Shown: in pieces, positions 27,605 to 36,071 of the stretch | How positions within the stretch are numbered: the first letter of the stretch is position 1 | Layout: every line of letters begins with the position of its first letter | DNA from: an uncultured bacterium | GTDB lineage: Bacteria > Patescibacteriota > Minisyncoccia > Phycocordibacterales > CAIJYI01 | DNA length: 49,985 nt | Direction of reading: 5' to 3' | Assembly (NCBI GenBank): GCA_903824855.1 | Contig: CAIJYI010000005.1 | Span: 1 to 49,985, forward strand | Program-made: the position numbers and the translations under genes | Notes under the pieces: model-generated | Databases searched by the model: none | What the model was told of the DNA's origin: nothing | Seen by the model: the letters and a program-made list of their open reading frames with translations, nothing else

Positions 27605-28813
27605 TTAGACAGGCAGATTTGCCGGCGGTTCAGCTTTATGTGAACTAAGAGTAAGAAATCCAGGTGTTTCTTCCATTCCTCCCGGGAAATGAAAAATGGT
27701 AGCCAATTCTTCCGTATTCAAAACAAAAGGTCTTTTTTTGAATGGGTGGTAAAAATATCCTCGGGCACGATATGCTTTAAACATATCTTTCTTTTGATCC
27801 ACAACTTTATTCCACCATATTCCCTGCCAAGGATAATCAACACCGGTTGGGGTTTGCGGTTTGAATCCATTAAGAACCTCTGAATTGTAGTGCTTCATCA
27901 TTCCAATGACTCCAGAAATATTTAATGGGGACCATGAACCTTCTTTACCGAGATACAAAACGCGAATTCCACAATCAAAACCGAATTTGGTAAGTTCTCT
28001 CTCTATGGCCGAAACGGCTTCGGACTCGGCTTTGCTCATTTTTTCTCCCTCACCTTTCGCTTGTAATTTTTTAAGAATATCTTTTGCTTCACCTTTCCAA
28101 TCTCTTTTTTCAAACCACGAGCCGGGTTTTTTGAAACGTTTTCCCGTTGCCTGAATTAATATTTGAAACCAGATTTGTTCATTCCTCCCTATCGAACCCA
28201 TGAACTCAATTGCCGGTGAAAGAGGGTCGGTGCGCCCTGCGGCCTCTTCTTCTTTTTTGATAGCCGTATCGAGCTTGTAATCGACATAGGTTTTAATCGG
28301 ATATGGGTCAGCTTTTGTAAGTTTAAATTCGGTGCCCCATATTTCCCATTCTTTAGATGTCGGTCTGTAATCAACCAAATCGGTGTAATCATCTGCCTCG
28401 AATATTTCGATTCCTTGGAACTGAGAATACAGCTGTGCCTCAATATAATTTTTAAATTTATCCGGAGTACGAATATAGAAATGTATATCACCTCCAATGG
28501 ATGCTATTTCCAAAGAAAAATATGCTTTCAACTTTCCTAGCCATATTTTATCGTACCAATTACCTTCGGACGGCTGATGAAGAGCAGAAATAACCAACTC
28601 CATTGAGAGCGGTGTCTTCATAATATTCTTCGGAAGACGGATCCCCAGAAGAACCCATTTTATTCCGGCAAGATGCTCCATCTGAACAAACCTCATCCAC
28701 AGCTCCCAAAATATGAAGCCGAGAAGTAAAGGAAGCCAATAAGGGGCAAAAGATAATCCCACTCCGATGAATGTGAATACTTGCCCGTACATCGAAAAAA
28801 TATCCGGTAACAT
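27605..28813 (-). CDS. Hypothetical membrane-anchored protein
   Basis: 402-aa ORF with N-terminal TM, FSLEIASIGGDIHFY, YPIKTY, LNTEELATIFHFP and PPANLP. Confidence 0.85.
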   Translation of the reverse strand: MLPDIFSMYGQVFTFIGVGLSFAPYWLPLLLGFIFWELWMRFVQMEHLAGIKWVLLGIRLPKNIMKTPLSMELVISALHQPSEGNWYDKIWLGKLKAYFSLEIASIGGDIHFYIRTPDKFKNYIEAQLYSQFQGIEIFEADDYTDLVDYRPTSKEWEIWGTEFKLTKADPYPIKTYVDYKLDTAIKKEEEAAGRTDPLSPAIEFMGSIGRNEQIWFQILIQATGKRFKKPGSWFEKRDWKGEAKDILKKLQAKGEGEKMSKAESEAVSAIERELTKFGFDCGIRVLYLGKEGSWSPLNISGVIGMMKHYNSEVLNGFKPQTPTGVDYPWQGIWWNKVVDQKKDMFKAYRARGYFYHPFKKRPFVLNTEELATIFHFPGGMEETPGFLTLSSHKAEPPANLPV

Positions 28814-28916
28814 TATCTTTATAATACTATGAATTGATATTTGAGAAAAGTAAAAATGTGTATATGTTTAAGCCCCAACAAAAAAGCGCTCATTTTGTGA
28901 GCGCTTTTTTTGAGTA

Positions 28917-29942
28917 TTAGATTGTGTGATATTTTCCTTCCTTGTCTTTTTTGAAGTATTTTGCGTTTTGGAGATTGACCAAAATGGTGTTTTCCTTGAC
29001 GTATCTTTCTTTCATAACTTTTTCAACAATCTGAGTCTTAGTGAGAGGTCCTTCTTTTTCAAGTACATGGCGGATGACATCTTTGACAACTCCTCCGGTG
29101 TAACCCCATTCAGAGAGGACATAGAGTCCGCGTCCGACGAGTACAAAACGTTTGTCTTTGATGAGTTCGTTGTGACAAGTAGCGATATGAGCTTTCTTTC
29201 CGAATGTCTGTGAGATGTTCTTTGCGACTTCTGTGAAGTGCATCGGTGATCCATGTCGGCGAATGACGAGGAAAGCGTAATCTCTGATACCTCTCGCACT
29301 AATGTTTGGTGATGAAGCAACGCCCCAGTCTCCGAGAGTATTTTTTCCGAGAACTTTGGAAATTCCGAGCCATCTTTTTGCGGTGTGCTCATTTTTTCGT
29401 TTCGGGTCAGCATGCATTCTATCTAAGAATCGTTCGATTATTTCTTTTTCAGGGATTAAATCGCTATCCGAGAATTCTTTGTGGAGAGAATGAAGTACTG
29501 CGTGAACTTCGGAAGCCATTTCATCATTGACTGACCAGCGGTGTTTGAAAGTATCATCTTCTTTATGTTTCGTGAAGTCATCAGAAAGGACGAGGAAAAG
29601 GGTGATGTGATTCTGAATGGTCTTATCCGGTGAGATGTGCTCAAGGAAATCTTCTTCGCTCATGATTCCACCGAGGGATTCAAGAATGGTGCGGAGTTCT
29701 TCGATGGCGCTTGCGGCCTTTTCGAAAGCTTCGGATTTTTTGAGAGATGTGAGTGCAAAGTTTTCAATCTGTCGAACACGTTCCCTGGTTATACCATAGG
29801 TATTGCCGATTGATTCAAGAGTTTTTCGCTCAGGATTCTCGTCCAAACCGAAACGTCCAATAATGACGTCGCGTGCTCTCGGAGGTATTGTGGTAAGCAA
29901 ACTTTTTGTTACCTGCTTTGGCTTAAATGTTATAACTGACAT
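28917..29942 (-). CDS. Sigma-70 region 4-like HTH protein with C-terminal winged-helix domains
   Basis: RFGL..TLESIGNTYGITRERVRQIE, PMHFTEV..HNELIKDKRFVLVGRGLY; no sigma region 2. Confidence 0.85.
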   Translation of the reverse strand: MSVITFKPKQVTKSLLTTIPPRARDVIIGRFGLDENPERKTLESIGNTYGITRERVRQIENFALTSLKKSEAFEKAASAIEELRTILESLGGIMSEEDFLEHISPDKTIQNHITLFLVLSDDFTKHKEDDTFKHRWSVNDEMASEVHAVLHSLHKEFSDSDLIPEKEIIERFLDRMHADPKRKNEHTAKRWLGISKVLGKNTLGDWGVASSPNISARGIRDYAFLVIRRHGSPMHFTEVAKNISQTFGKKAHIATCHNELIKDKRFVLVGRGLYVLSEWGYTGGVVKDVIRHVLEKEGPLTKTQIVEKVMKERYVKENTILVNLQNAKYFKKDKEGKYHTI

Positions 29943-30155
29943 AACTCAAAAAATTATAAATAAATAAAATAAACAGTAATAAATTTTATCGAAATCACTT
30001 TCGATTAAATGTGCTTATATAATCAATATTTTTAATATAACATCTTTTTAACATATGTGTCAAACAATTGCAAGCGAATTTAAGGCGAAATGTCTTTATA
30101 TCAATATAATGGCTATAAATATAGATATTATTAGCTTCGACAAAAATTTACTTTT

Positions 30156-32972
30156 TTAAACAACAATACTTACCAGCTTTCCTTTTACATAAATTATCTT
30201 TTTTACTTCTTTTCCGTCGGTCCATTTTGAAACTTCCGGAATGGTCATTGCGTACTCTTTGATTGATTCCTCTGACCCATTGCGTGCAACCTCAAAGGTC
30301 GCGCGAAGCTTTCCATTTACCTGAACTCCTATGGTCATCATCTCACTTGAAATTTTTGATTCATCATAAGTCGGCCATGCTTCATTATAGATAAATGTAT
30401 TGTGACCAAGTTCATGCCACAATTCATCGGTAATGTGAGGAGCAAGTGGTGCTAACAATTTCAGATATCCTTCGAATATTGCGACGGGTATCTTTTCCTC
30501 TTTTTCAAATTCGTTCAAAAGAATCATCATTTTTGAAATTACCGTATTGAATTTGAAATCTTCTATATCTTCCCCGACTTTCTTTATTGTCTGATTATAG
30601 AGAGTCTCTAATTTATTACTTAGTTCACATTCACCGACTTTATCGGAAATCTTCCAGACTTTTTCCAGAAAACGCCTCGGACCAATAATACTCTCAGTAC
30701 TCCAGGTAGAGGTTTGATCAAATGGCCCCATAAACATTTCATATACGCGTAAGGTGTCAGCCCCGTATAAATTGACGATATCATCGGGATTAATGACATT
30801 TCCCCACCGCTTGCTCATCTTCCTTCCGTCTTCAGCAAGGATATTACCGAGAAATTCGAGCCGTTTAAACGGTTCGGAATAATTTACTACCCCGATATCA
30901 AAAAGGAATTTATGCCAAAAACGCGCGTAAATAAGATGACGTGTTGCGTGATCACCCCCGACATAAACATCAACGGGTGACCAGTATTTTTCTTTTTCTT
31001 TATCAACCGGCGCATTTTGATTACGAGGATCAATGTATCGCAAATAGTACCAGGAAGACCCGGCCCAGTTTGGCATGGTGTTTGTTTCGCGTTTTGCGTT
31101 ACCGTTGCATTTTGGACATTTCACATCCACCCAACTATGGATATTTGCGAGCGGTGATTCCCCTGTTCCTGACGGCTCGTATGAATCCACGTCCGGTAAT
31201 TTCACCGGCAAATCTTTTTCCGGTACCGGAACGACTCCGCAATTCTCACAGTGAATGACAGGAATCGGTTCTCCCCAATATCTTTGACGAGAAAAAACCC
31301 AATCGCGAAGTTTGTAAGTAGTTTTTAATTTTCCTCCGGCGAATTCGGTGATGGATTTTTTCGCTTCATCTGACGTGAGACCTGAAAATTCTCCCGAATC
31401 CTTCATAATACCCGGCCCTGAATAAACATCATTATTTACCAAACGTGAAAAAACGAGTGAATGTAATTCATCTTTTACTTTATTTCTTACATCTTCTCTG
31501 GTTATCCATTCAACAGTAAACTTTCCTTTTTCATCATCTTCGTGTTGTGTTGAAACCGTATCGTTATCAATAAGTTCAAAGTATAATCCGATTGCTTCAA
31601 TTTCTCTGTTTACTCCTTTGGAATGTGCAATGTAATGATGGTGAATTTTTTCGGAAGAAGAAATAAATTTCAAGTTTTTATAACCGGTTTCTTCTTCGAT
31701 TTCCCGAAGGGCGCATGCGATAGAATCTTCATCACCTTCTCTTCCCCCGCCGACAAAAAGATTTCCTCCCAATTTTTCACCCCAATTAATAGAGAGAAAA
31801 GTATCATTCATTGTATTATGAACAACGGCGACAATACTTTTTCGAAATTCTTCATTTTCTCTTTTTTCTCCCGTTATCGGTTCGATGACTGTTTTTATCG
31901 GAATATCAAACTTTTTTGCAAAAGCGAGATCTCTTTCGTCATGAGCAGGTACGGCCATAATGGCACCGGTTCCGTAGTGAGCCAAAACATAATCAGCGAT
32001 AAAAATTGGAAGCTCCTCTTTATTTACTGGATTTACAGCAAAAATCCCTTCAAGTTTTACTCCGGTCTTTTCTTTACCTTCGGCAGTTCTTTCGATTTCT
32101 GTTTTCTTTTTTACTTCCTCACGATACGCCTCAACATCATTCCAATTTCTAATATCTCTTTTCCATTCATCGATTAATTTGTGTTCAGGAGAAAGAACAA
32201 CGTATGTTGCGCCAAAAAGAGTATCGGGCCTTGTTGTAAATACTTTAAACGAGGATTCGTTTGTCGTCGTAAATTCCAATTCTGCGCCTTCTGATCTTCC
32301 AATCCAATTCCTTTGCGCTTCTTTCACATGATTCGGCCAATTGAGCGAATCGAGGTCTTCGATAAGTCTGTCGGCGTAATCAGTAATGCGAAGAACCCAC
32401 TGTCTCATAGGTTTCTTTTCGACGGTTGTTCCGCATCGTTCACAGGAATTTCCATCAAGGTCTTCATTCGCTAATCCCGTCTGACAACTCGGGCACCAAT
32501 TTACCGGTTCAAATGATTCATAGGCGAGTCCTTTCTCGAGCATTTTCAAGAATATCCATTGCGTCCATTTATAGTATTTTGTATCGGTAGTATTTATTTC
32601 CCTCTCCCAGTCATAATTGAAACCGATGTTTGAAAGTTGTTCTTTAAACCGCGCGACATTTTTCTCCACGGCAACCCGCGGATGAATCTTATTTTTTATG
32701 GCATATTGTTCTGCTGGCAAACCAAAAGCGTCCCACCCCATCGGATGCAATATATTGTATCCGTTCATTTTTTTGAAACGAGAGTAGATGTCTGAAGCGA
32801 TGTATCCTTTCGGATGTCCAACATGAAGACCTTCTCCTGAAGGAAAAGGAAACATGTCCAGAATGTAACACTTTGGTTTATCGCCACCTTCCTCCGTTTT
32901 GTAGATTTCGTGTTTCTCCCACTCGTGTTGCCACATCTTTTCGATTTTTGAGTGATTGTATTCCTTTGTCAT
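30156..32972 (-). CDS. leuS: Leucine--tRNA ligase with an internal Nudix domain
   Basis: MFPFPSGEGLHVGH, FTTRPDT, GTGAIMAVPAHDERD, DWVFSRQRYWGEPIP and KMSKR; Nudix insertion at about 31430-31880. Confidence 0.97.
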   Translation of the reverse strand: MTKEYNHSKIEKMWQHEWEKHEIYKTEEGGDKPKCYILDMFPFPSGEGLHVGHPKGYIASDIYSRFKKMNGYNILHPMGWDAFGLPAEQYAIKNKIHPRVAVEKNVARFKEQLSNIGFNYDWEREINTTDTKYYKWTQWIFLKMLEKGLAYESFEPVNWCPSCQTGLANEDLDGNSCERCGTTVEKKPMRQWVLRITDYADRLIEDLDSLNWPNHVKEAQRNWIGRSEGAELEFTTTNESSFKVFTTRPDTLFGATYVVLSPEHKLIDEWKRDIRNWNDVEAYREEVKKKTEIERTAEGKEKTGVKLEGIFAVNPVNKEELPIFIADYVLAHYGTGAIMAVPAHDERDLAFAKKFDIPIKTVIEPITGEKRENEEFRKSIVAVVHNTMNDTFLSINWGEKLGGNLFVGGGREGDEDSIACALREIEEETGYKNLKFISSSEKIHHHYIAHSKGVNREIEAIGLYFELIDNDTVSTQHEDDEKGKFTVEWITREDVRNKVKDELHSLVFSRLVNNDVYSGPGIMKDSGEFSGLTSDEAKKSITEFAGGKLKTTYKLRDWVFSRQRYWGEPIPVIHCENCGVVPVPEKDLPVKLPDVDSYEPSGTGESPLANIHSWVDVKCPKCNGNAKRETNTMPNWAGSSWYYLRYIDPRNQNAPVDKEKEKYWSPVDVYVGGDHATRHLIYARFWHKFLFDIGVVNYSEPFKRLEFLGNILAEDGRKMSKRWGNVINPDDIVNLYGADTLRVYEMFMGPFDQTSTWSTESIIGPRRFLEKVWKISDKVGECELSNKLETLYNQTIKKVGEDIEDFKFNTVISKMMILLNEFEKEEKIPVAIFEGYLKLLAPLAPHITDELWHELGHNTFIYNEAWPTYDESKISSEMMTIGVQVNGKLRATFEVARNGSEESIKEYAMTIPEVSKWTDGKEVKKIIYVKGKLVSIVV

Positions 32973-33066
32973 ATCCTTGCAGTATATCGTAATTGTGGCG
33001 TAATTTCAATGTGTAACGATAGCAACAAAAAAACCCACTCTAAGGGGTGGATTCATATTTCAAAAA

Positions 33067-33420
33067 TTAGAGAACGTAAGGCAAAAAGATAATCGTTCCG
33101 ACGACCACAGCCGAGAGTGCCGAAAATAAAACCATTCCTGCTGCGACATCTTTGGCAATCTTTGCATGTTTACTGTATTCAATAATAAGGATGTCTGTCA
33201 TTGATTCGATTGCGGTATTCAGGAGTTCTGCCGTGATTACGAGAGAGATGGAAAAAAGAAGAATGATTGATTCAGTTTGAGTAATACCAAAATAACAGCC
33301 GGCGAGAATGACGAGTATTGCAAAGGAAAGATGGACAACAAAATTTGGTTGTGAAGTGAACGCATAGCGAAGTCCTTCCCATGCGTGTTTAAATGATATC
33401 AGATGAACGCGACGTTTCAT
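33067..33420 (-). CDS. dgkA: Diacylglycerol/undecaprenol kinase family protein
   Basis: SFKHAWEG, NFVVH, ELLNTAIE..D and AKDVAAGMV. Confidence 0.93.
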   Translation of the reverse strand: MKRRVHLISFKHAWEGLRYAFTSQPNFVVHLSFAILVILAGCYFGITQTESIILLFSISLVITAELLNTAIESMTDILIIEYSKHAKIAKDVAAGMVLFSALSAVVVGTIIFLPYVL

Positions 33421-33431
33421 TTTTGTATTTT

Positions 33432-34256
33432 TTATTTAAATAATTTCGGATTTATAATAGATTTCAATTCAGAGTCGTTAACAGAAATTTCGAATTGTGG
33501 AGCGCCGTCAGAGTATGGTCCAATTTGATAACTTTGGAATTGAAAAATAATGGAATCCTCGGAAATGAAGAAGGTGCCAAAATTTTCAATTTTAGGATCA
33601 AGGCCGGCTCCGAAAGAAACGTCCTTCGGATTAAAATTGATATCCGGGTCTTTTGTAAAATGAGCGATTGCTAAATGCGAAATGACTCCTAAGTAATCAG
33701 AATTCGGAAGGAATAAATCAGCAAGACTATATTTCTTTCCGTTCATATCAAACGTTTCCGATGAAAATTGAGAATTTCCATGCGCACCCCCGTCAAAACG
33801 GTAATCGGTATAGAGATATGATAAAAGTTTTTTACCATGAAAGTAAGAGACTTCTCCGTCAGCATTTACTCCATAGGCGGTTTGAATATCAGTAGAGTTT
33901 GGATAATCAGCGATAAATGAATCAATGAATTCGTTTACGTGTTTCTTGGCAAAATCGGATGATGGTGTGTTTGAGGGATATTTTCCTGTCGCTTCAAGAA
34001 GATTTGGAACAATACCATTTTTTGAAGGAAAGGCCGATTTTTGTATCGTGGCAAAAATAATTTTAGCGGGGGTAACAACATTAGGAAGCCCAGAAACAAC
34101 CTTTGGTGTTGTCGTAGCAAAATCCGCATTTCCGGGATTGATCGACATATTATTTGAGACCCACCAAATACCGACACAGACAAGCGCGGTGAAGAGCAAC
34201 ATGGAGCCAACCCATTCTCCGACCAAAGCATCATTTTTATTTTTATTGTACGCCAT
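33432..34256 (-). CDS. RsiV/DUF3298-like membrane-anchored protein
   Basis: N-terminal TM, GGAHGN, TFD..GK..SLADLF and FQFQSYQIGPYSDG. Confidence 0.8.
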   Translation of the reverse strand: MAYNKNKNDALVGEWVGSMLLFTALVCVGIWWVSNNMSINPGNADFATTTPKVVSGLPNVVTPAKIIFATIQKSAFPSKNGIVPNLLEATGKYPSNTPSSDFAKKHVNEFIDSFIADYPNSTDIQTAYGVNADGEVSYFHGKKLLSYLYTDYRFDGGAHGNSQFSSETFDMNGKKYSLADLFLPNSDYLGVISHLAIAHFTKDPDINFNPKDVSFGAGLDPKIENFGTFFISEDSIIFQFQSYQIGPYSDGAPQFEISVNDSELKSIINPKLFK

Positions 34257-34315
34257 ATACTCTATTATATATGAGAATGGAGAATAGATAAAATAATTAT
34301 TGCCCCTGCCGTATT

Positions 34316-35713
34316 TTATTCTTCGTAATTATAGATGTTTGTTTGCCCCGGTCGTGCACTCGTATATCCATAGTCGACATCAATATGAAGAGAACCTGAT
34401 TTTTCCCTATTAAAACGTATCCCGTAAATATTTGAAGGAGGTTTTGTTGCTCCCGTCGCGGATAGATTATATTCCTTTGCCAATTGATCCATGACATTAT
34501 CCTCCTCTCCTCCCCAACACATAAAACTACCAACTGCGCCACCCGGCTTTACGACGAGAGATGAACGGTTTTGCCCGATGCCAAAGACATGCTCCCAATC
34601 CTTTCTTTTTTCTTCAATTTTTCCGGGGTCAAATTGATGAGTTAAACCATGTTGATTTATCCAAATGAAATCAGCGAGAGGAAAAGGTTGTCCGGAAATC
34701 GGGGGTGCAATATGAGAAAGACCGTTTAGAAGTCTGTCTCGAGGAGATTCATCGGAAGAATATTCCATTATTCTTGTTTTCATTCCAAGGCGAGATGCCT
34801 CCTCCCGAAGTTGTTTATGAATTCCTTTTTTGTTACTGAATGCCCCGTTATGATCCTCGTACGCACTGCACATAACTCCATATGGTTCACCGGATTGAAG
34901 CGGAGTCATCTGTTCGGCCAAAAATTCAGTGTCATAACGACCAAAAAATCTAATTTGTTCAGGTCCGGAAAAAAGATGCTCGGATGAACCCGGCGAAATT
35001 TTTTCTAAATCTTTAATCGCTGAAAGATTTGGAATAACGGAATGCGGAAATTCAGATTTACTCCATTTACGAATGAGATCGGCTGAACCCAAATTAAATC
35101 TGCCGGCTACTTCTCTGATTATTTTATATCCTGAGGGTTCCAAAAATAATTCTTTCGCTCGATTTAATTCATCTTGAGTATATCCGGACTGTAAATATTT
35201 TTCCTTTAAGGTCGAATCATCTCCCATTTCTGAAATTAAATTCTCACTCGCCTTCAAATCGTTCTCCTTTTTTAGTGGCGGAAGAAAATCAACTATTTTA
35301 TTTTGTGGAAGAATCTTGTTATCTTCATCCGGCTCTGACGCAATAAACTCATCAGCCCAACGACGAATGGTCTCAGTATCTCCTATGAGCATCGAGAAAT
35401 AATTCAACAATCTACGACGACTTTTATCTTCCTCAGAAGCGTTAGATTCAGCGGAAACCCCAGTTGATTTTGCCATCTCAGAGAACGGTAACATAGAATG
35501 TACAAAAGAGAGCATTAATTCAAACGCCAATTCAGGGTCTTTCTCGGAAAAAATTATTTCAAATTGTTTTCGACAAGTTTCCGCAACTTCCGTTTTATTC
35601 GGAAAATTCGGATCCACTCTCCATTGATAAATCGAATCGGCAAAGGTTGCAGACTCTTTTCTCATTCTGTCATTTTTTTCCTTTTCCAAAAATATTTTTT
35701 CGTCATTTTCCAT
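34316..35713 (-). CDS. Hypothetical protein, possible C-terminal His-Cys peptidase-like domain
   Basis: 465-aa ORF with DHNGAF, WINQHG and FMCWGG. Confidence 0.75.
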   Translation of the reverse strand: MENDEKIFLEKEKNDRMRKESATFADSIYQWRVDPNFPNKTEVAETCRKQFEIIFSEKDPELAFELMLSFVHSMLPFSEMAKSTGVSAESNASEEDKSRRRLLNYFSMLIGDTETIRRWADEFIASEPDEDNKILPQNKIVDFLPPLKKENDLKASENLISEMGDDSTLKEKYLQSGYTQDELNRAKELFLEPSGYKIIREVAGRFNLGSADLIRKWSKSEFPHSVIPNLSAIKDLEKISPGSSEHLFSGPEQIRFFGRYDTEFLAEQMTPLQSGEPYGVMCSAYEDHNGAFSNKKGIHKQLREEASRLGMKTRIMEYSSDESPRDRLLNGLSHIAPPISGQPFPLADFIWINQHGLTHQFDPGKIEEKRKDWEHVFGIGQNRSSLVVKPGGAVGSFMCWGGEEDNVMDQLAKEYNLSATGATKPPSNIYGIRFNREKSGSLHIDVDYGYTSARPGQTNIYNYEE

Positions 35714-35861
35714 CTGTCTATTATATATGAAAATAAGAAATAGACCAAAAAAACACTGTTTTATACTTATTTATAGTATATTACACTCGAGTAATTACTC
35801 CACGCTCTTTTTATAAAATCTATATTTTATATCCACTACAAAAAAATCAAATTGCCTATTC

Positions 35862-35939
35862 CGTCATTCTGAATTTAGTTCAGAATCCACGTCTTTTAGT
35901 TTATGATCCATGGATTCCAGCTCGTGGGCTGGAATGACG
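35862..35939. repeat. Cruciform REP-like palindromic element
   Basis: CGTC ATTCTGAA-TTTAG-TTCAGAAT CCA ... TGG ATTCCAGC-TCGTGG-GCTGGAAT GACG; terminal inverted repeat CGTCATTC/GAATGACG. Confidence 0.75.
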
Positions 35940-36071
35940 ACGAGGGAGTGTGAATAGTCACTTCAGCAATAGTTGACAATTACCGTCTTTTGTAATATAA
36001 TCGCAACTAGCCAAGTCACTTTGGAAATGGCTCCTTGAAACAACATTTACTACCTTTAAGGAGGGTAAAAA

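Noticed and set aside
31623-32177. 184-aa + strand ORF opposite leuS, and other antisense ORFs within core genes
   Set aside because: These are shadows of well-supported genes, with no independent motifs or expression signals.
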